A stretch of DNA of 64,000 nucleotides from NCBI GenBank assembly GCA_964016885.1, contig OZ024746.1:15562001-15626000 (forward strand), given 5' to 3'. The stretch comes from Eledone cirrhosa. Lineage: Eukaryota. The notes beneath the pieces are model-generated. The model worked only from the letters and a program-made list of their open reading frames with translations, made no database searches and was not told where the DNA came from. The position numbers and the translations under genes are program-made. Shown here piece after piece: positions 40,790 to 55,591 of the stretch (its first letter is position 1; the number at the start of each line of letters is the position of its first letter).

Positions 40790-43515
40790 TTGTTGTACAG
40801 GTGTAGTGGTGAACTGTTGTTGTACAGGTGTAGTGGTGAACTGTTGTTGTTGTACAGGTGTAGTAGTGAACTGTTGTTGTACAGGTGTAGTGGTGAACTG
40901 TTGTTGTACAGGTGTAGTGGTGAACTGTTGTTGTACAGGTGTAGTGGTGAACTGTTGTTGTACAGGTGTAGTGGTGAACTGTTGTTGTACAGGTGTAGTG
41001 GTGAACTGTTGTTGTACAGGTGTAGTAGTGAACTGTTGTTGTACAGGTGTAGTGGTGAACTGTTGTTGTACAGGTGTAGTGGTGAACTGTTGTTGTACAG
41101 GTGTAGTGGTGAACTGTTGTTGTACAGGTGTAGTGGTGAACTGTTGTTGTACAGGTGTAGTGGTGAACTGTTGTTGTACAGGTGTAGTGGTGAACTGTTG
41201 TTGTACAGGTGTAGTGGTGAACTGTTGTTGTACAGGTGTAGTGGTGAACTGTTGTTGTACAGGTGTAGTGGTGAACTGTTGTTGTACAGGTGTAGTGGTG
41301 AACTGTTGTTGTACAGGTGTAGTAGTGAACTGTTGTTGTACAGGTGTAGTGGTGAACTGTTGTTGTACAGGTGTAGTAGTGAACTGTTGTTGTACAGGTG
41401 TAGTAGTGAACTGTTGTTGTACAGGTGTAGTGGTGAACTGTTGTTGTACAGGTGTAGTAGTGAACTGTTGTTGTACAGGTGTAGTGGTGAACTGTTGTTG
41501 TACAGGTGTAGTAGTGAACTGTTGTTGTACAGGTGTAGTAGTGAACTGTTGTTGTACAGGTGTAGTAGTGAACTGTTGTTGTACAGGTGTAGTAGTGAAC
41601 TGTTGTTGTACAGGTGTAGTGGTGAACTGTTGTTGTACAGGTGTAGTGGTGAACTGTTGTTGTACAGGTGTAGTAGTGAACTGTTGTTGTACAGGTGTAG
41701 TGGTGAACTGTTGTTGTACAGGTGTAGTAGTGAACTGTTGTTGTACAGGTGTAGTAGTGAACTGTTGTTGTACAGATGTAGTGGTGAACTGTTGTTGTAC
41801 AGGTGTAGTAGTGAACTGTTGTTGTACAGGTGTAGTGGTGAACTGTTGTTGTACAGGTGTAGTGGTGAACTGTTGTTGTACAGGTGTAGTAGTGAACTGT
41901 TGTTGTACAGGTGTAGTAGTGAACTGTTGTTGTACAGGTGTAGTAGTGAACTGTTGTTGTTCAGGTGTAGTAGTGAACTGTTGTTGTACAGGTGTAGTGG
42001 TGAACTGTTGTTGTACAGGTGTAGTAGTGAACTGTTGTTGTACAGGTGTAGTGGTGAACTGTTGTTGTACAGGTGTAGTGGTGAACTGTTGTTGTACAGG
42101 TGTAGTAGTGAACTGTTGTTGTACAGGTGTAGTAGTGAACTGTTGTTGTACAGGTGTAGTAGTGAACTGTTGTTGTACAGGTGTAGTAGTGAACTGTTGT
42201 TGTACAGGTGTAGTAGTGAACTGTTGTTGTACAGGTGTAGTAGTGAACTGTTGTTGTACAGGTGTAGTGGTGAACTGTTGTTGTACAGGTGTAGTAGTGA
42301 ACTGTTGTTGTTGTACAGGTGTAGTAGTGAACTGTTGCTGTACAGGTGTAGTGGTGAACTATTGTTGTACAGGTGTAGTGGTGAACTGTTGTTGTACAGG
42401 TGTAGTGGTGAACTGTTGTTGTTGTACAGGTGTAGTGGTGAACTGTTGTTGTACAGGTGTAGTAGTGAACTGTTGTTGTTGTACAGGTGTAGTAGTGAAC
42501 TGTTGTTGTACAGGTGTAGTGGTGAACTGTTGTTGTACAGGTGTAGTGGTGAACTGTTGTTGTACAGGTGTAGTAGTGAACTGTTGTTGTTGTACAGGTG
42601 TAGTGGTGAACTGTTGTTGTACAGGTGTAGTAGTGAACTGTTGTTGTTGTACAGGTGTAGTAGTGAACTGTTGTTGTACAGGTGTAGTGGTGAACTGTTG
42701 TTGTACAGGTGTAGTGGTGAACTGTTGTTGTACAGGTGTAGTGGTGAACTGTTGTTGTACAGGTGTAGTAGTGAACTGTTGTTGTACAGGTGTAGTAGTG
42801 AACTGTTGTTGTACAGGTGTAGTAGTGAACTGTTGTTGTACAGGTGTAGTAGTGAACTGTTGTTGTACAGGTGTAGTGGTGAACTGTTGTTGTACAGGTG
42901 TAGTGGTGAACTGTTGTTGTACAGGTGTAGTAGTGAACTGTTGTTGTACAGGTGTAGTGGTGAACTGTTGTTGTTGTACAGGTGTAGTAGTGAACTGTTG
43001 TTGTACAGGTGTAGTGGTGAACTGTTGTTGTACAGGTGTAGTGGTGAACTGTTGTTGTTGTACAGGTGTAGTGGTGAACTGTTGTTGTACAGGTGTAGTG
43101 GTGAACTGTTGTTGTACAGGTGTAGTAGTGAACTGTTGTTGTTCAGGTGTAGTAGTGAACTGTTGTTGTTCAGGTGTAGTGGTGAACTGTTGTTGTACAG
43201 GTGTAGTAGTGAACTGTTGTTGTTCAGGTGTAGTAGTGAACTGTTGTTGTACAGGTGTAGTGGTGAACTGTTGTTGTACAGGTGTAGTGGTGAACTGTTG
43301 TTGTACAGGTGTAGTAGTGAACTGTTGTTGTACAGGTGTAGTAGTGAACTGTTGTTGTACAGGTGTAGTGGTGAACTGTTGTTGTACAGGTGTAGTGGTG
43401 AACTGTTGTTGTACAGGTGTAGTGGTGAACTGTTGTTGTTGTACAGGTGTAGTGGTGAACTGTTGTTGTACAGGTGTAGTGGTGAACTGTTGTTGTACAG
43501 GTGTAGTAGTGAACT
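40790..43515. repeat. 27-bp minisatellite, ~100 copies
   Basis: Unit TACAGGTGTAGTRGTGAACTGTTGTTG, with occasional +TTG. Confidence 0.98.
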
Positions 43516-44493
43516 GCTGTCGCAGGTATGTTTCCCTGCCAGGTATGTATCTCAATACTATTCAATATGACTAGCTTGGCATGTCTTTAGAGCAAGATCT
43601 CTCTGTCTGTTCATGGACAATACAACAGGCTTACTGAGAAGTGTTGTTGCTGCTATTTTTAGATTTAAATTTATAGTTTTTATATCCCAAAACTGTATGT
43701 GATAAAAAGTGATTCAATGAAAATGTGTCGTTTTCCTAAGAACAAAAGAGAACGCCAGTCATTGAAAAACTATCTCCTGTTTATGATTCGTGCTTTGTAA
43801 ACATGTTAACAGTTTGAATGGTAGAAGTGAAGCAGAAAGCAGAAAAGATCACCGTCTCAAAGTCCACACGGTTGACCCAGATCTACGTCAAACAGTCCAG
43901 TGAATACATGTACAGTAATTCCTTCTATATTAAATAAAATATCTCACGGATCGTTTATGTATTTTAATTACATGCTCACACTACGTTATATATTTTAACA
44001 CATGAGTCAAACCTTGTATATAATAATCATCATTCACAGTGTCATTATTCTTTTTTAACATTAGTTATCAAAATGTATCAAGCCAGGGTGATGGGTTGGA
44101 AGAATAGGTAGATCGTTGGATAAGATTCGATTGTAGTGCTTATTTTAGCTCTTAACATTCTGACTTTAAATTCCGCCCATGTCAAATTTGCTTTTCATAA
44201 TTCCAGGGTCGTTAAAACAAAGTACCAGTGAAATACTGAGGTCGATATAATCGATTTCCTCCTTTCATCTAAATCAGAGGTTTTCAAAGTAGGCGTTACA
44301 GCCCCTCCCCCGGGCGTGTAGCGTTGAGTAGGTCCAGGGGGCGATGGGACTTAAGGGGGAGGTGGGGGTGGTAGAGGTGATATAATAGTATATCAAATAT
44401 CAAATGATACATATTACATATAAATATAGTAAAATAAAAGAATATATAATATTTATTTATACATAGTATATATTATATTATTTATTATATATA

Positions 44494-44650
44494 GAGGATC
44501 TGACGCCATGCTTAGCAGCAAAGAGTTACGGCCCTTTGTGGTCTGAGTTCAAATCCCGCCGAGGTTAACTTTGCCTTTCATCCTTACGGGATCGATAACA
44601 TAAAGTACCAGTAATTGCTGGCCTTGTGCCAAAAGTAGAAACAATTATTT
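44494..44650 (+). mobile_element. Truncated SINE
   Basis: Family match from GACGCCATGCT to GAAACAATTAT. Confidence 0.8.
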
Positions 44651-45613
44651 ATTATATATAAATTAACGATTTTATTTATATTTTACAATTTGTGAGTTGG
44701 CAGGTCTCTCTGGAAATAGGGTTAAGGGGCGCTGAGGGTTTAACGTGGGCGTGAGGTGGGTGGGTGGTGTGCCCCAAAAGTTTGAGAATCTCTGATATGA
44801 ATTCTGGCCTTCTGCAGGATTTCTCTAAACAAACGTTAAGGGCCATTTCTTATATTTCCCATATATTTTACAGTAAAATAATTTACCTTCGTTTACTGAA
44901 AATCCATGATGATTTATGTCCAGATGGTTGGAATTGTGTCAAGGTTTTCAGCTGAGTTGAGTTAATGATAGGTTGACCGTATAAAGGCTATGATTATAGA
45001 TCTTCACCCACGACTATGGATATAACAAAGGTGTATTGGATTAAAATGGATGAGTATTAAAAGATTAAGATAGACAATAGTTTATGCCAGGATTAATGAA
45101 CAAAATAATAAGTATGAATTCATACTAACCATTGCAGCCATAAGACATGAAAGAGTTCCAAAGTTTGGAATTCAGCAGAAACAAAATAATTAAGATTGAG
45201 ATCTTGGAGGTTCTGTCATGATATATCGGTGAGGATCGGGACCTTTGAATGTCTGCAGTTATATATTAGTTAGAATCGAGATGTTGGAAGCTTTATATTT
45301 ATATATGGGTGATAGTCGAGATCTTAAAAGGTCTACAGTTACATATTGGTTAAGATCGGGATCTTGGAAGGTCTCTTTATAGTAGAACAGTATTAGAGAT
45401 TAAGGGATGTTATATGTTGATGTTTATCAAGAGCTTGAAAGTCTATAGTTATAAACTGGCCACGGCCACTTAACTCAGATGTTCTCTCTATAGTAGGACA
45501 GTACCAGAGATTAAGGGATGTTATCTATTGATTATGGAGAGCTTGGAAGTTCTACAGGATCAGAGATTAAGGGATGGGAATTTCCATACTGTGGGGCTAA
45601 TCAGTATTATTTC

Positions 45614-45802
45614 TGGATTGGCAGTATCGGTAGAGGGTCGGACGCCATGCTTTGACGCTTAGAGCTACGGCCCTTTCCATTCTAAGTTCAAATCCCGCCG
45701 AGGTTAACTTTGCCTTTCATCCTTACGGGGTCGATAAAATAAAGTACCAGTAATACACTGGGATAATTGCTGGCCTTGTGCCAAAAGTAGAAACAATTAT
45801 TA
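45614..45802 (+). mobile_element. SINE
   Basis: Near full-length family match. Confidence 0.85.
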
Positions 45803-46049
45803 AATAATCTTCATCGTGGTATATCTATCTACTCTCTTATATTTCAACTATTTTCATTTACCCACTTATAATCTCTTCTACCCTCATCAAACAGGGGCAC
45901 CTCTTCGAAGAAAGTCATTTTTTCGAGCAGGGCCCCCATTTTAAACAGGGCTCTTACTACCTTTTTCTCTGTATATTCAGTTACTGTTGTCTTATCCTCT
46001 CTTCCTGCTTATCTATATATACTTACACACACACATATAAATATATATT

Positions 46050-46096
<47 letters not shown>

Positions 46097-46420
46097 TTTT
46101 ATATGAGGAGCCCACCAAATCTGAACTGCCCCGTGGCCCCCAAAGTATACATCTGGTCCTGCTCACAGTAAATCGAAGCAGCCTAATTTCGCCGTATTAA
46201 ATGTTAGCTCTTCTCCGTCTTCTCTCATTCTTTATGTATCGATCTCTCATTCTTTATGTATCGATGTTTTGATGAGTGGGCTATTAAAAAAACATAAATC
46301 AATAAATGGAATGAAAATGTAGAATTTATATTGATTTATTTTTGACATGGTTGAAAGGATCTATATTATAGTAAAGAGTGAAAGAGCATATGATATGATT
46401 GATATGATATACATACATAC

Positions 46421-46457
<37 letters not shown>

Positions 46458-46736
46458 TATATACATAGACACACACATACACACACATATATATACACAT
46501 ACCCCCCCCCCACATATATATATATTCCCAAGAGCAATAGTGTTCTAAGTGAAATGACATCAATTAAGTGATCGAAGCCGCATTGCGGACGAAACTAAGC
46601 AGACTAGAGGCTTCAGACGTTTAGAATATTAATTTATGTCTTCGTGACAAACCCCAGTATATTACTGATACTTATTCTTGTCTGGCGAATAAAAGATCAA
46701 TTTATTTTTCCACAAGACTGAAATTCAGAAAATAGA

Positions 46737-49155
46737 ATCCAATCCAACCCAGGGCCTTCTCACTCTGACTGAGGAACCCCTTCCTCGTTGTCCTCCATCC
46801 AACCCAGGGACTTCTCACTCTGCCTGAGGAACCCCTTCCTGGTTGTCCTCCATCCAATCCAGGGCCTTCTCACTCTGCCTGAGGAACCCCTTCCTGGTTG
46901 TCCTCCATCCAATCCAACCCAGGGCCTTCTCACTCTGCCTGAGGAACCCCTTCCTGGTTGTCCTCCATCCAATCCAGGGCCTTCTCACTCTGCCTGAGGA
47001 ACCCCTTCCTGGTTGTCCTCCATCCAATCCAACCCAGGGCCTTCTCACTCTGCCTGAGGAACCCCTTCCTGGTTGTCCTCCATCCAATCCAATCCAGGGC
47101 CTTCTCACTCTGCCTGAGGAACCCCTTCCTGGTTGTCCTCCATCCAATCCAGGGCCTTCTCACTCTGCCTGAGGAACCCCTTCCTGGTTGTCCTCCATCC
47201 AATCCAACCCAGGGCCTTCTCACTCTGCCTGAGGAACCCCTTCCTGGTTGTCCTCCATCCAATCCAATCCAGGGCCTTCTCACTCCTGCTGAGGAACCCC
47301 TTCCTGGTTGTCCTCCATCCAATCCAGGGCCTTCTCACTCTGCCTGAGGAACCCCTTCCTGGTTGTCCTCCATCCAACCCAGGGCCTTCTCACTCCTGCT
47401 GAAGGAACCCCTTCCTGGTTGTCCTCCAATCCAATCCAGGGCCTTCTCACTCCTGCTGAGGAACCCCTTCCTGGTTGTCCTCCATCCAACCCAGGGCCTT
47501 CTCACTCTGCCTGAGGAACCCCTTCCTGGTTGTCCTCCATCCAATCCAACCCAGGGCCTTCTCACTCTGCCTGAGGAACCCCTTCCTGGTTGTCCTCCAT
47601 CAAATCCAACCCAGGGCCTTCTCACTCTGCCTGAGGAACCCCTTCCTGGTTGTCCTCCATCCAATCCAACCCAGGGCCTTCTCACTCTGCCTGAGGAACC
47701 CCTTCCTGGTTGTCCTCCATCCAATCCAATCCAGGGCCTTCTCACTCTGCCTGAGGAACCCCTTCCTGGTTGTCCTCCATCCAACCCAGGGCCTTCTCAC
47801 TCTGCCTGAGGAACCCCTTCCTGGTTGTCCTCCATCCAATCCAATCTAGGGCCTTCTCACTCCTGCTGAAGGAACCCCTTCCTGGTTGTCCTCCATCCAA
47901 CCCAGGGCCTTCTCACTCCTGCTGAAGGAACCCCTTCCTGGTTGTCCTCCAATCCAATCCAGGGCCTTCTCACTCCTGCTGAGGAACCCCTTCCTGGTTG
48001 TCCTCCATCCAACCCAGGGCCTTCTCACTCTGCCTGAGGAACCCCTTCCTGGTTGTCCTCCATCCAATCCAACCCAGGGCCTTCTCACTCTGCCTGAGGA
48101 ACCCCTTCCTGGTTGTCCTCCATCCAATCCAACCCAGGGCCTTCTCACTCTGCCTGAGGAACCCCTTCCTGGTTGTCCTCCATCCAATCCAATCTAGGGC
48201 CTTCTCACTCCTGCTGAAGGAACCCCTTCCTGGTTGTCCTCCATCCAATCCAGGGCCTTCTCACTCCTGCTGAGGAACCCCTTCCTGGTTGTCCTCCATC
48301 CAATCCAACCCAGGGCCTTCTCACTCTGCCTGAGGAACCCCTTCCTCGTTGTCCTCCATCCAATCCAACCCAGGGCCTTCTCACTCTGACTGAGGAACCC
48401 CTTCCTGGTTGTCCTCCATCCAATCCAACCCAGGGCCTTCTCACTCTGACTGAGGAACCCCTTCCTCGTTGTCCTCCATCCAATCCAACCCAGGGCCTTC
48501 TCACTCTGACTGAGGAACCCCTTCCTGGTTGTCCTCCATCCAATCCAACCCAGGGCCTTCTCACTCTGACTGAGGAACCCCTTCCTCGTTGTCCTCCATC
48601 CAATCCAATCCAGGGCCTTCTCACTCTGCCTGAGGAACCCCTTCCTCGTTGTCCTCCATCCAATCCAATCCAGGGCCTTCTCACTCTGACTGAGGAACCC
48701 CTTCCTGGTTGTCCTCCATCCAACCCAGGGCCTTCTCACTCCTGCTGAAGGAACCCCTTCCTGGTTGTCCTCCAATCCAATCCAGGGCCTTCTCACTCCT
48801 GCTGAGGAACCCCTTCCTGGTTGTCCTCCATCCAATCCAGGGCCTTCTCACTCTGCCTGAGGAACCCCTTCCTGGTTGTCCTCCATCCAATCCAGGGCCT
48901 TCTCACTCTGCCTGAGGAACCCCTTCCTGGTTGTCCTCCATCCAATCTAGGGCCTTCTCACTCCTGCTGAAGGAACCCCTTCCTCGTTGTCCTCCATCCA
49001 ACCCAGGGCCTTCTCACTCCTGCTGAAGGAACCCCTTCCTCGTTGTCCTCCATCCAACCCAGGGCCTTCTCACTCCTGCTGAAGGAACCCCTTCCTGGTT
49101 GTCCTCCATCCAACCCAGGGCCTTCTCACTCCTGCCGGAGGAACCCCTTCCTGGT
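46737..49155. repeat. 55/60-bp GC-rich minisatellite, ~42 copies
   Basis: Unit CAGGGCCTTCTCACTCTGCCTGAGGAACCCCTTCCTGGTTGTCCTCCATCCAATC(CAACC). Confidence 0.98.
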
Positions 49156-49763
49156 TTACCTTCTGCTTGGTTTTGATCATGTCAGGGGTATAGCCGTACT
49201 CCCCACGCTTGGCCAATTTAGGGTTGGTGAAGCTATTTAACTAATAGAACGCAGAAGGCCACAGCTAAATTCGTTTAAGACATTTAGTTTTGTCCTTTAC
49301 TATTCGTAAAGGATAAAAATAATACGAGGGCCGGATGAAACGTTGATAGGCTGACTATGAAGGAGTGATGCTAGTGCTGTGAAATCTTGCATGCGTTAAT
49401 TTCAACTCTTCTTATTAATAACGACATTGTTTCTTTCAAGGGATTATATTGAAAAATAAACCTCATTTTGTCTAACCATGAGAGTATCTTGGTCAGTATA
49501 TGAACATTTACATTAAAATATAATTTTAAAAAGAGGGAGCGTCTTATGCGAAGGAGCGTCCAATCGGCCGGCAAACACGGTATATTGTTATTAATAATTT
49601 AGCGTTACAAATATATATATATTGTCACGAAAAAAAGCATTAAAAAATCGCGGAAGATATTTACGATTCCGCGGATATACGGTGGTTTCCACGAACAATT
49701 ATTAGTTAGGTTCTAAGGAAAATTCCGTGAATAACCGGGGCCGCGAATGCTGGTGGTACGCCG

Positions 49764-49820
<57 letters not shown>

Positions 49821-49875
49821 TGTATATGAAATAAAGCCCCTTGTTGTACAGCCGACCATGTTATTCTTCAATCTT

Positions 49876-49930
<55 letters not shown>

Positions 49931-50114
49931 TATTATGAGTTCCAGTCGAGGGGTTGAGGCCATGTTGGGGCACAGCCACCGATGCTACACTTTCTATAGC
50001 CAGCCTTCCTTGGTTGACCCTTGAAGCAAAAGGGAGTTTGTTGCTGCTGCTCTTATTTAAATGTATGCATGCATATCTGTGGGTTTCAGTTTCACACCTT
50101 GAATTTGTTTGGGC

Positions 50115-50159
<45 letters not shown>

Positions 50160-50162
50160 ATG

Positions 50163-50211
<49 letters not shown>

Positions 50212-50288
50212 ATGTTGATATATGATATGTTGATTTAAAACTGCACTATCCACAAGTGTTTTTTAGCCTTCATATCATGTTCTCCTAC

Positions 50289-50353
50289 TTTATCTGATGA
50301 AAACACAAATATTATTGCATGATGATGTTTGTTTTTGAAATGCGCATAATAAA
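50289..50353 (+). ncRNA. Type I hammerhead ribozyme
   Basis: TTTAT-CTGATGA-[AAACACAAATATTAT/ATGATGATGTTTGTTTT]-GAAA-TGCGCA-TA-ATAAA, lying between (TA)n tracts. Confidence 0.8.
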
Positions 50354-50386
50354 ATATATGGAACTCCTTTAACCATCTTTTGATCT

Positions 50387-50431
<45 letters not shown>

Positions 50432-50436
<5 letters not shown>

Positions 50437-50987
50437 GTTTCTACTTTTGGCACAAGGCCAGCAATTACCCAGTAGATTACTGGTACTTTATTTTATCGAC
50501 CCCGTAAGGATGAAAAGCAAAGTTAACCTTGGCGGGATTTGAACTCAGACCATAAAGGGCCGTAACTCTATGCTTCAAAGCATGGCGTCCGACCCTCTAC
50601 CGATACTGCCAAATATATATATAATTGTTTCTACTTTTGGCACAAGGCCAGCAATTACCCAGTAGATTACTGGTACTTTATTTTATCGACCCCGTAAGGA
50701 TGAAAAGCAAAGTTAGCCTCGGCGGGATTTGAACTCAGACCATAAAGGGCCGTAACTCTATACGTCAAAGCATGGCGTCCGACCCTCTACCGATACTGCC
50801 AAATATATATATAATTGTTTCTACTTTTGGCACAAGGCCAGCAATTACCCAGTAGATTACTGGTACTTTATTTTATCGACCCCGTAAGGATGAAAGGCAA
50901 AGTTAGCCTCGGCGGGATTTGAACTCAGACCATAAAGGGCCGTAACTCTATACGTCAAAGCATGACGTCCGACCCTCTACCGATACT
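50432..50987 (-). mobile_element. Tandem triplicated SINE (190-bp period)
   Basis: Three copies share the private variants CAGTAGATTAC and GACCATAAAG and are separated by ATATATATA. Confidence 0.9.
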
Positions 50988-51038
50988 AATGGCTGTATAT
51001 ATATGTCTATGTATATATAAATCATCACCCATACATAT

Positions 51039-51131
<93 letters not shown>

Positions 51132-51139
51132 CACGAGGA

Positions 51140-51400
51140 GACGCCAATACCATATTTTATCAAAAGCCGTGCAAATATCAAGTGATATCAATTTAAAACT
51201 GGTCTGGTCTTGGCGTGATCTTCCATAGATATGGAGTATTTTCGGGTGATACTTGATATCAGGTCAGTGGTGGAGCTGTCAGAACTAAAACCGTACTACT
51301 GGCCATCCAGAAAGCAACTTCGTTCCAGGTGAGATAAGCAACGGTTTGTGTTTATCTTCTCCTTAACATCGGAAACGATGGAAGGAAACTAGATAGCATG
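51140..51400 (-). pseudogene. Non-LTR reverse transcriptase fragment
   Basis: The reverse complement gives Q*YGFSSDSSTTDLI ... ISLDICTAFDKIWY, matching the QxGF and LDxxKAFDxVxH RT motifs. Confidence 0.75.
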
Positions 51401-51680
51401 CTAATCTTTGTTTTATAATGTATCACTTGCTTTTAGATTTTATTGTTTTATGTTTTCATTTTTTTTTTTTTTCATTTTTCTTTACTTTTTTTAAATATAT
51501 ATATTTTTTTTATTGGGTGAAGGTCAGAAGAGGAGAAGGATGAGGAAGAGAGGCAGTAGGGAAGGGAAATAAAGGTGTGGTGGTGGAGGAGGTGGGGAGG
51601 AGGAAGACACTGGCAAGTTTCCACAAATCAGGGAAGTCGTATGGAGTACTGGGAGAACTGCGTAAACGATCTGCTTGAGA

Positions 51681-51762
<82 letters not shown>

Positions 51763-52131
51763 TTATCTGTGAATGTGTGTATGAATGTGTGTATGAATGT
51801 GTGTGTATGAATGTGTGTGTATGAATGTGTGTGTATGAATGTGTGTTTGAATGTGTCTGTGAATGTGTGTAAATGTGAATATGTGTGCTGGTGGTGGGAA
51901 CAGAGCCAGGATTTCCTCAAAGGATGTATCTTATCTCTCTCATATCTTTTTTCCCCCTAATTGACGACTGTAATTGTGCGACATGCCGTGTCCTTAAATA
52001 TATGTGTATATATATATGTGTGTGTGTATATTATCTTTTACTTGTTTCAGTCGTTAGACTGCGGCCATGCTGCAGCATCGCCTTGATTTAGTCGATCATA
52101 TCGAACCCAGTGCTTTATTTTCTCAAGTTTG

Positions 52132-52171
<40 letters not shown>

Positions 52172-54771
52172 CTATATATTTATAGCTGATAAATGAAACA
52201 AAGCAAACACAGGGAAGCAAAAATACAGTCATATTAGTTTCACGCTTGAAGGAGGTGGACACACACACACACACATATATATATAGTAGTAGTGGTGGTG
52301 GTGGTGGTAGTAGTAGTAGTACTAGTAGTAGTAGTAGTAGTAGTAGTAGTAATAGTAGTAGTAGTAGTAGAACAGATGAATTTCAGTTTTCATCCTAGGC
52401 GGGATCACCAATTGCAGAAAATCCCGCTTAAGGTGAAAACTGAAGTTTTTTGCTTAAACTTTTAATCTGTACTAATAATAGATATTTGCTCTACACACAC
52501 ACATATTTGCTCTACACACATACATATTTGCTCTACACACACATATTTGCTCCACACACACACATACACACACACACACACACACACAAATATATACACT
52601 GTGGCTTCTGCAGCTTCCGTCTAACAAATTCCACTTCCGAGGCTATAGTAGATGACACTTGCGCAAGATACGCATGGTTGTGTGTGCGTGAGTGTTTGTG
52701 TGTATGTGTTTGTGTGTGTGAGTGTTTGCGTGTGTATCCGTTTGCGTGCGGACATATAAACCTAAAATAAGAGGCTAAACCTCTCAAATGAAATCTTTAT
52801 TCATGAAACAAATGCGAATACATTTATTATAACTTTATTGGTACAAAGGAAAAGAAGAAAAGAAACAAAGAAATAGGTGTGGTGTAGAGTTAGGGCTGAG
52901 TTGACCGATTGGCCTACGTTAGGTTACACTTCTTGAACAACAACCAGTCATACCCGCTACATCAGCCATTTTACTGAGAATACTGATGTCAATGAAGGCT
53001 AAACTGTTAATCGGATCACTTCATGTTTTATTACATAACATGTAATCTTTGAAAGCATCACATGTTATCTATTCTTGTGACTGATAGATAACACTTGATG
53101 TTTCCAACTTCGCGTTCATCTATTTTGCTATCTAAAATGACTCTTTTGTTACCATATTTCTAATGAAAGACACTACATATGGTTTTCAAATAATTTTGAA
53201 AATCATTAAGAATTCGAATGGATTTAGTAATATAACTAACCTTCTCAATTATTAAGCTGGTGTTTCGAGCATAGATTTAACAAAGGTTCTTACATAAAAT
53301 TATAATGGAAGAGTTTTAGTAGTATATAGATAAACACTGTAACCCTTTTGTTACCATATGTCTAATGAAAGACACTGTCCCTTATAACTTTCCAATAACC
53401 TCGAAAATCACAAATGAGCCGGAACAAATACGTTCTGTCTGTCCTTCTAACGACTCTGTCAACTTCACTGTATATAATTCACCTCTATATATAATAGTTT
53501 TAAATGAATGAACGCCACCATACTGACTTGCTGTTATTGTCACATTTCTAATGTAAAACAATTTCATTGGAGTCTCAAAACATCATGGATTATAAGACGT
53601 TAGTTTGTCCTCGTTTGAGTGTGTGTCTGTTAGGTCTGTGACTGTGTATTTGTGTGTGTGTGTTTAGGAAGGGTCTGTGACTGTGTGTGCAGGGGGGGGG
53701 GGGTCTGTGACTCTGTGTGTGTGAGAGAGAGAATGTGTGCATGTGTGTATTTGTGAGAGAACGTATATGTGTGTATGTCTAGTTGTGAGAGAATGAGTAT
53801 GTGTTATTGAATAAGAAGACTTATTAATTTCAACTAAGCCTCGATAGGAAAAACTTATTTCTTCCATTTTTGGCACGTATCTCTTTGACCTGCTGATATA
53901 AATTCACCTTTTGTCCTTTCCCGTTCACAACTCTGACGTCAAGAGCGAGGTCTCTCCGCAGTTACTGAAACGGATGTTTTGGTCGGTTGATCTATGAACA
54001 CACGCCCAGAGAGAGAGGGGTCATGCCTGTATAGAAGTAACTATGGTGTCTTCTTGGTATTGTTAATAGACGAAATTATAAAATTCAGTGCATTCATATA
54101 GATTAAGCCATCTGTCTGGCGATATCAATATTTCTGACTGATTGGGCGTCTTCAGTATAGAACTGGTCCGTAGAATAGTTAACGACTGAAGTTTGAAAGA
54201 AGAGATTTAAAATTTATAAAAAATTAAATCACAGAATCAACAATGAACCCAGGCATTCCTTAAAGGGATGCCGCGAATTAAATCATGGCTGGAAAACCGC
54301 AAACAAATATTTGCAGAAACAGAGTTGAAACTCTGCGAAGACATTAATAAGATTATTTTATATTTTTCATATACTAGTTCGCCATCCTACATTTTGGGGG
54401 TTTACATTTCGTCCAGGTCAACTTTATTTTCTTATCTCCCGAGGTCGATAAAACACGTATCACTAATTAGTTAATCTCTGTTATAATTCTGTGATCTTAA
54501 CGTGTAGTTGATCCCTGCTTGTGTAATTGATCCTTGATTGTACAGTTGACCTCTGCCTGTATGATTCTAAATCTAATTTTGTGCATTAAGTTTACATTTT
54601 GTGTTAAATACTACATGTGCTTCCATGGTAAATGATGGTTAAATGACTTGAAACACTCATAAAATCTTTAAAATAACCATTACATATGCTTCTCTGACTC
54701 AGAGGACATCAAAGACTGGGTCATGGCACTCGCCTCAAAGATATATGTAGTTCTAACGTTTCCTTAAAATA

Positions 54772-54963
54772 AATAATTGTTTCTATTTTTGGCACAAGGC
54801 CAGCGATTACCCAGTGCATTACTGGTACTTTATTTTATCGACCTCGTAAGGATGAAAGGCAAAGTTAACCTCGACGGGATTTGAACTCAGAATGGCAAGG
54901 GCCGTAACTCTATGCGTCAAAGCATGGCGTCCGACCCTCTACCGATACTGCCAATCCACCGCC
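54772..54963 (-). mobile_element. SINE with target-site duplication
   Basis: Flanked by TTCCTTAAAATAAATAAT. Confidence 0.85.
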
Positions 54964-55128
54964 ATTCCTTAAAATAAATAATGCCAGCCTTAAACAACGG
55001 ATGGTAACAGACGATTAGCATTGCTACTATAAACTATTCTGTCTACAATGGTTAATGTTGGTACAGGCCCATTGAATAGGTTTTCAATCGGTGATACTTT
55101 CTAAGTTTTCAAATCTCATCAAAACATA

Positions 55129-55327
55129 TACGAGGGTCGGCTGAAAAGTCCATAGGCTGACCAAGATACTCTCATGGAATGACCAAATGAGGTTTATTTT
55201 TCAGCATAGTCCCTGGAAAGAAACAATGCACTTACTAAGAAGAGTTGAAATTAATGCATGCAAGATTTCGCAGCTCTAGCATCACTCCTTCATAGTCAGC
55301 CTATGAACTTTTGAACCGGCCCTCGTA
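55129..55327. mobile_element. mariner-type MITE
   Basis: TA-CGAGGGTCGGCTGAAAAGTCCATAGGCTGAC ... GTCAGCCTATGAACTTTTGAACCGGCCCTCG-TA. Partial copies occur at 49323-49500 and 35400-35520. Confidence 0.85.
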
Positions 55328-55591
55328 ATCTACCCAATATTACTCGCAAGGCCGACACAAGGTTATGGGGTACATAACACTTTCCTAAGATGTCATGCGG
55401 TGGGATCGAACTCCTGACTTAATAACTGCAAAGCAAACTTTTCAACCATTCGGCCATGCTGTGTCCACCCCATCTGGGCCGGACCTTCACGCGCTGAGGC
55501 CCCAACTTTGAGGCCCTTCTCTAAACAATTCGAGTAAAAGAATTTACAATAATTATACATTTTTTATATTAATGTTAATTATAAAGAATAA

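Noticed and set aside
40673-43574. 965-aa and 933-aa ORFs
   Set aside because: They are translations of a 27-bp tandem repeat that is open in several frames, with no non-repetitive domain.
46737-49155. Possible CRISPR array or HHR satellite (CTGAGGA in each unit)
   Set aside because: There are no unique spacers, and no GAAA follows the putative stem II.
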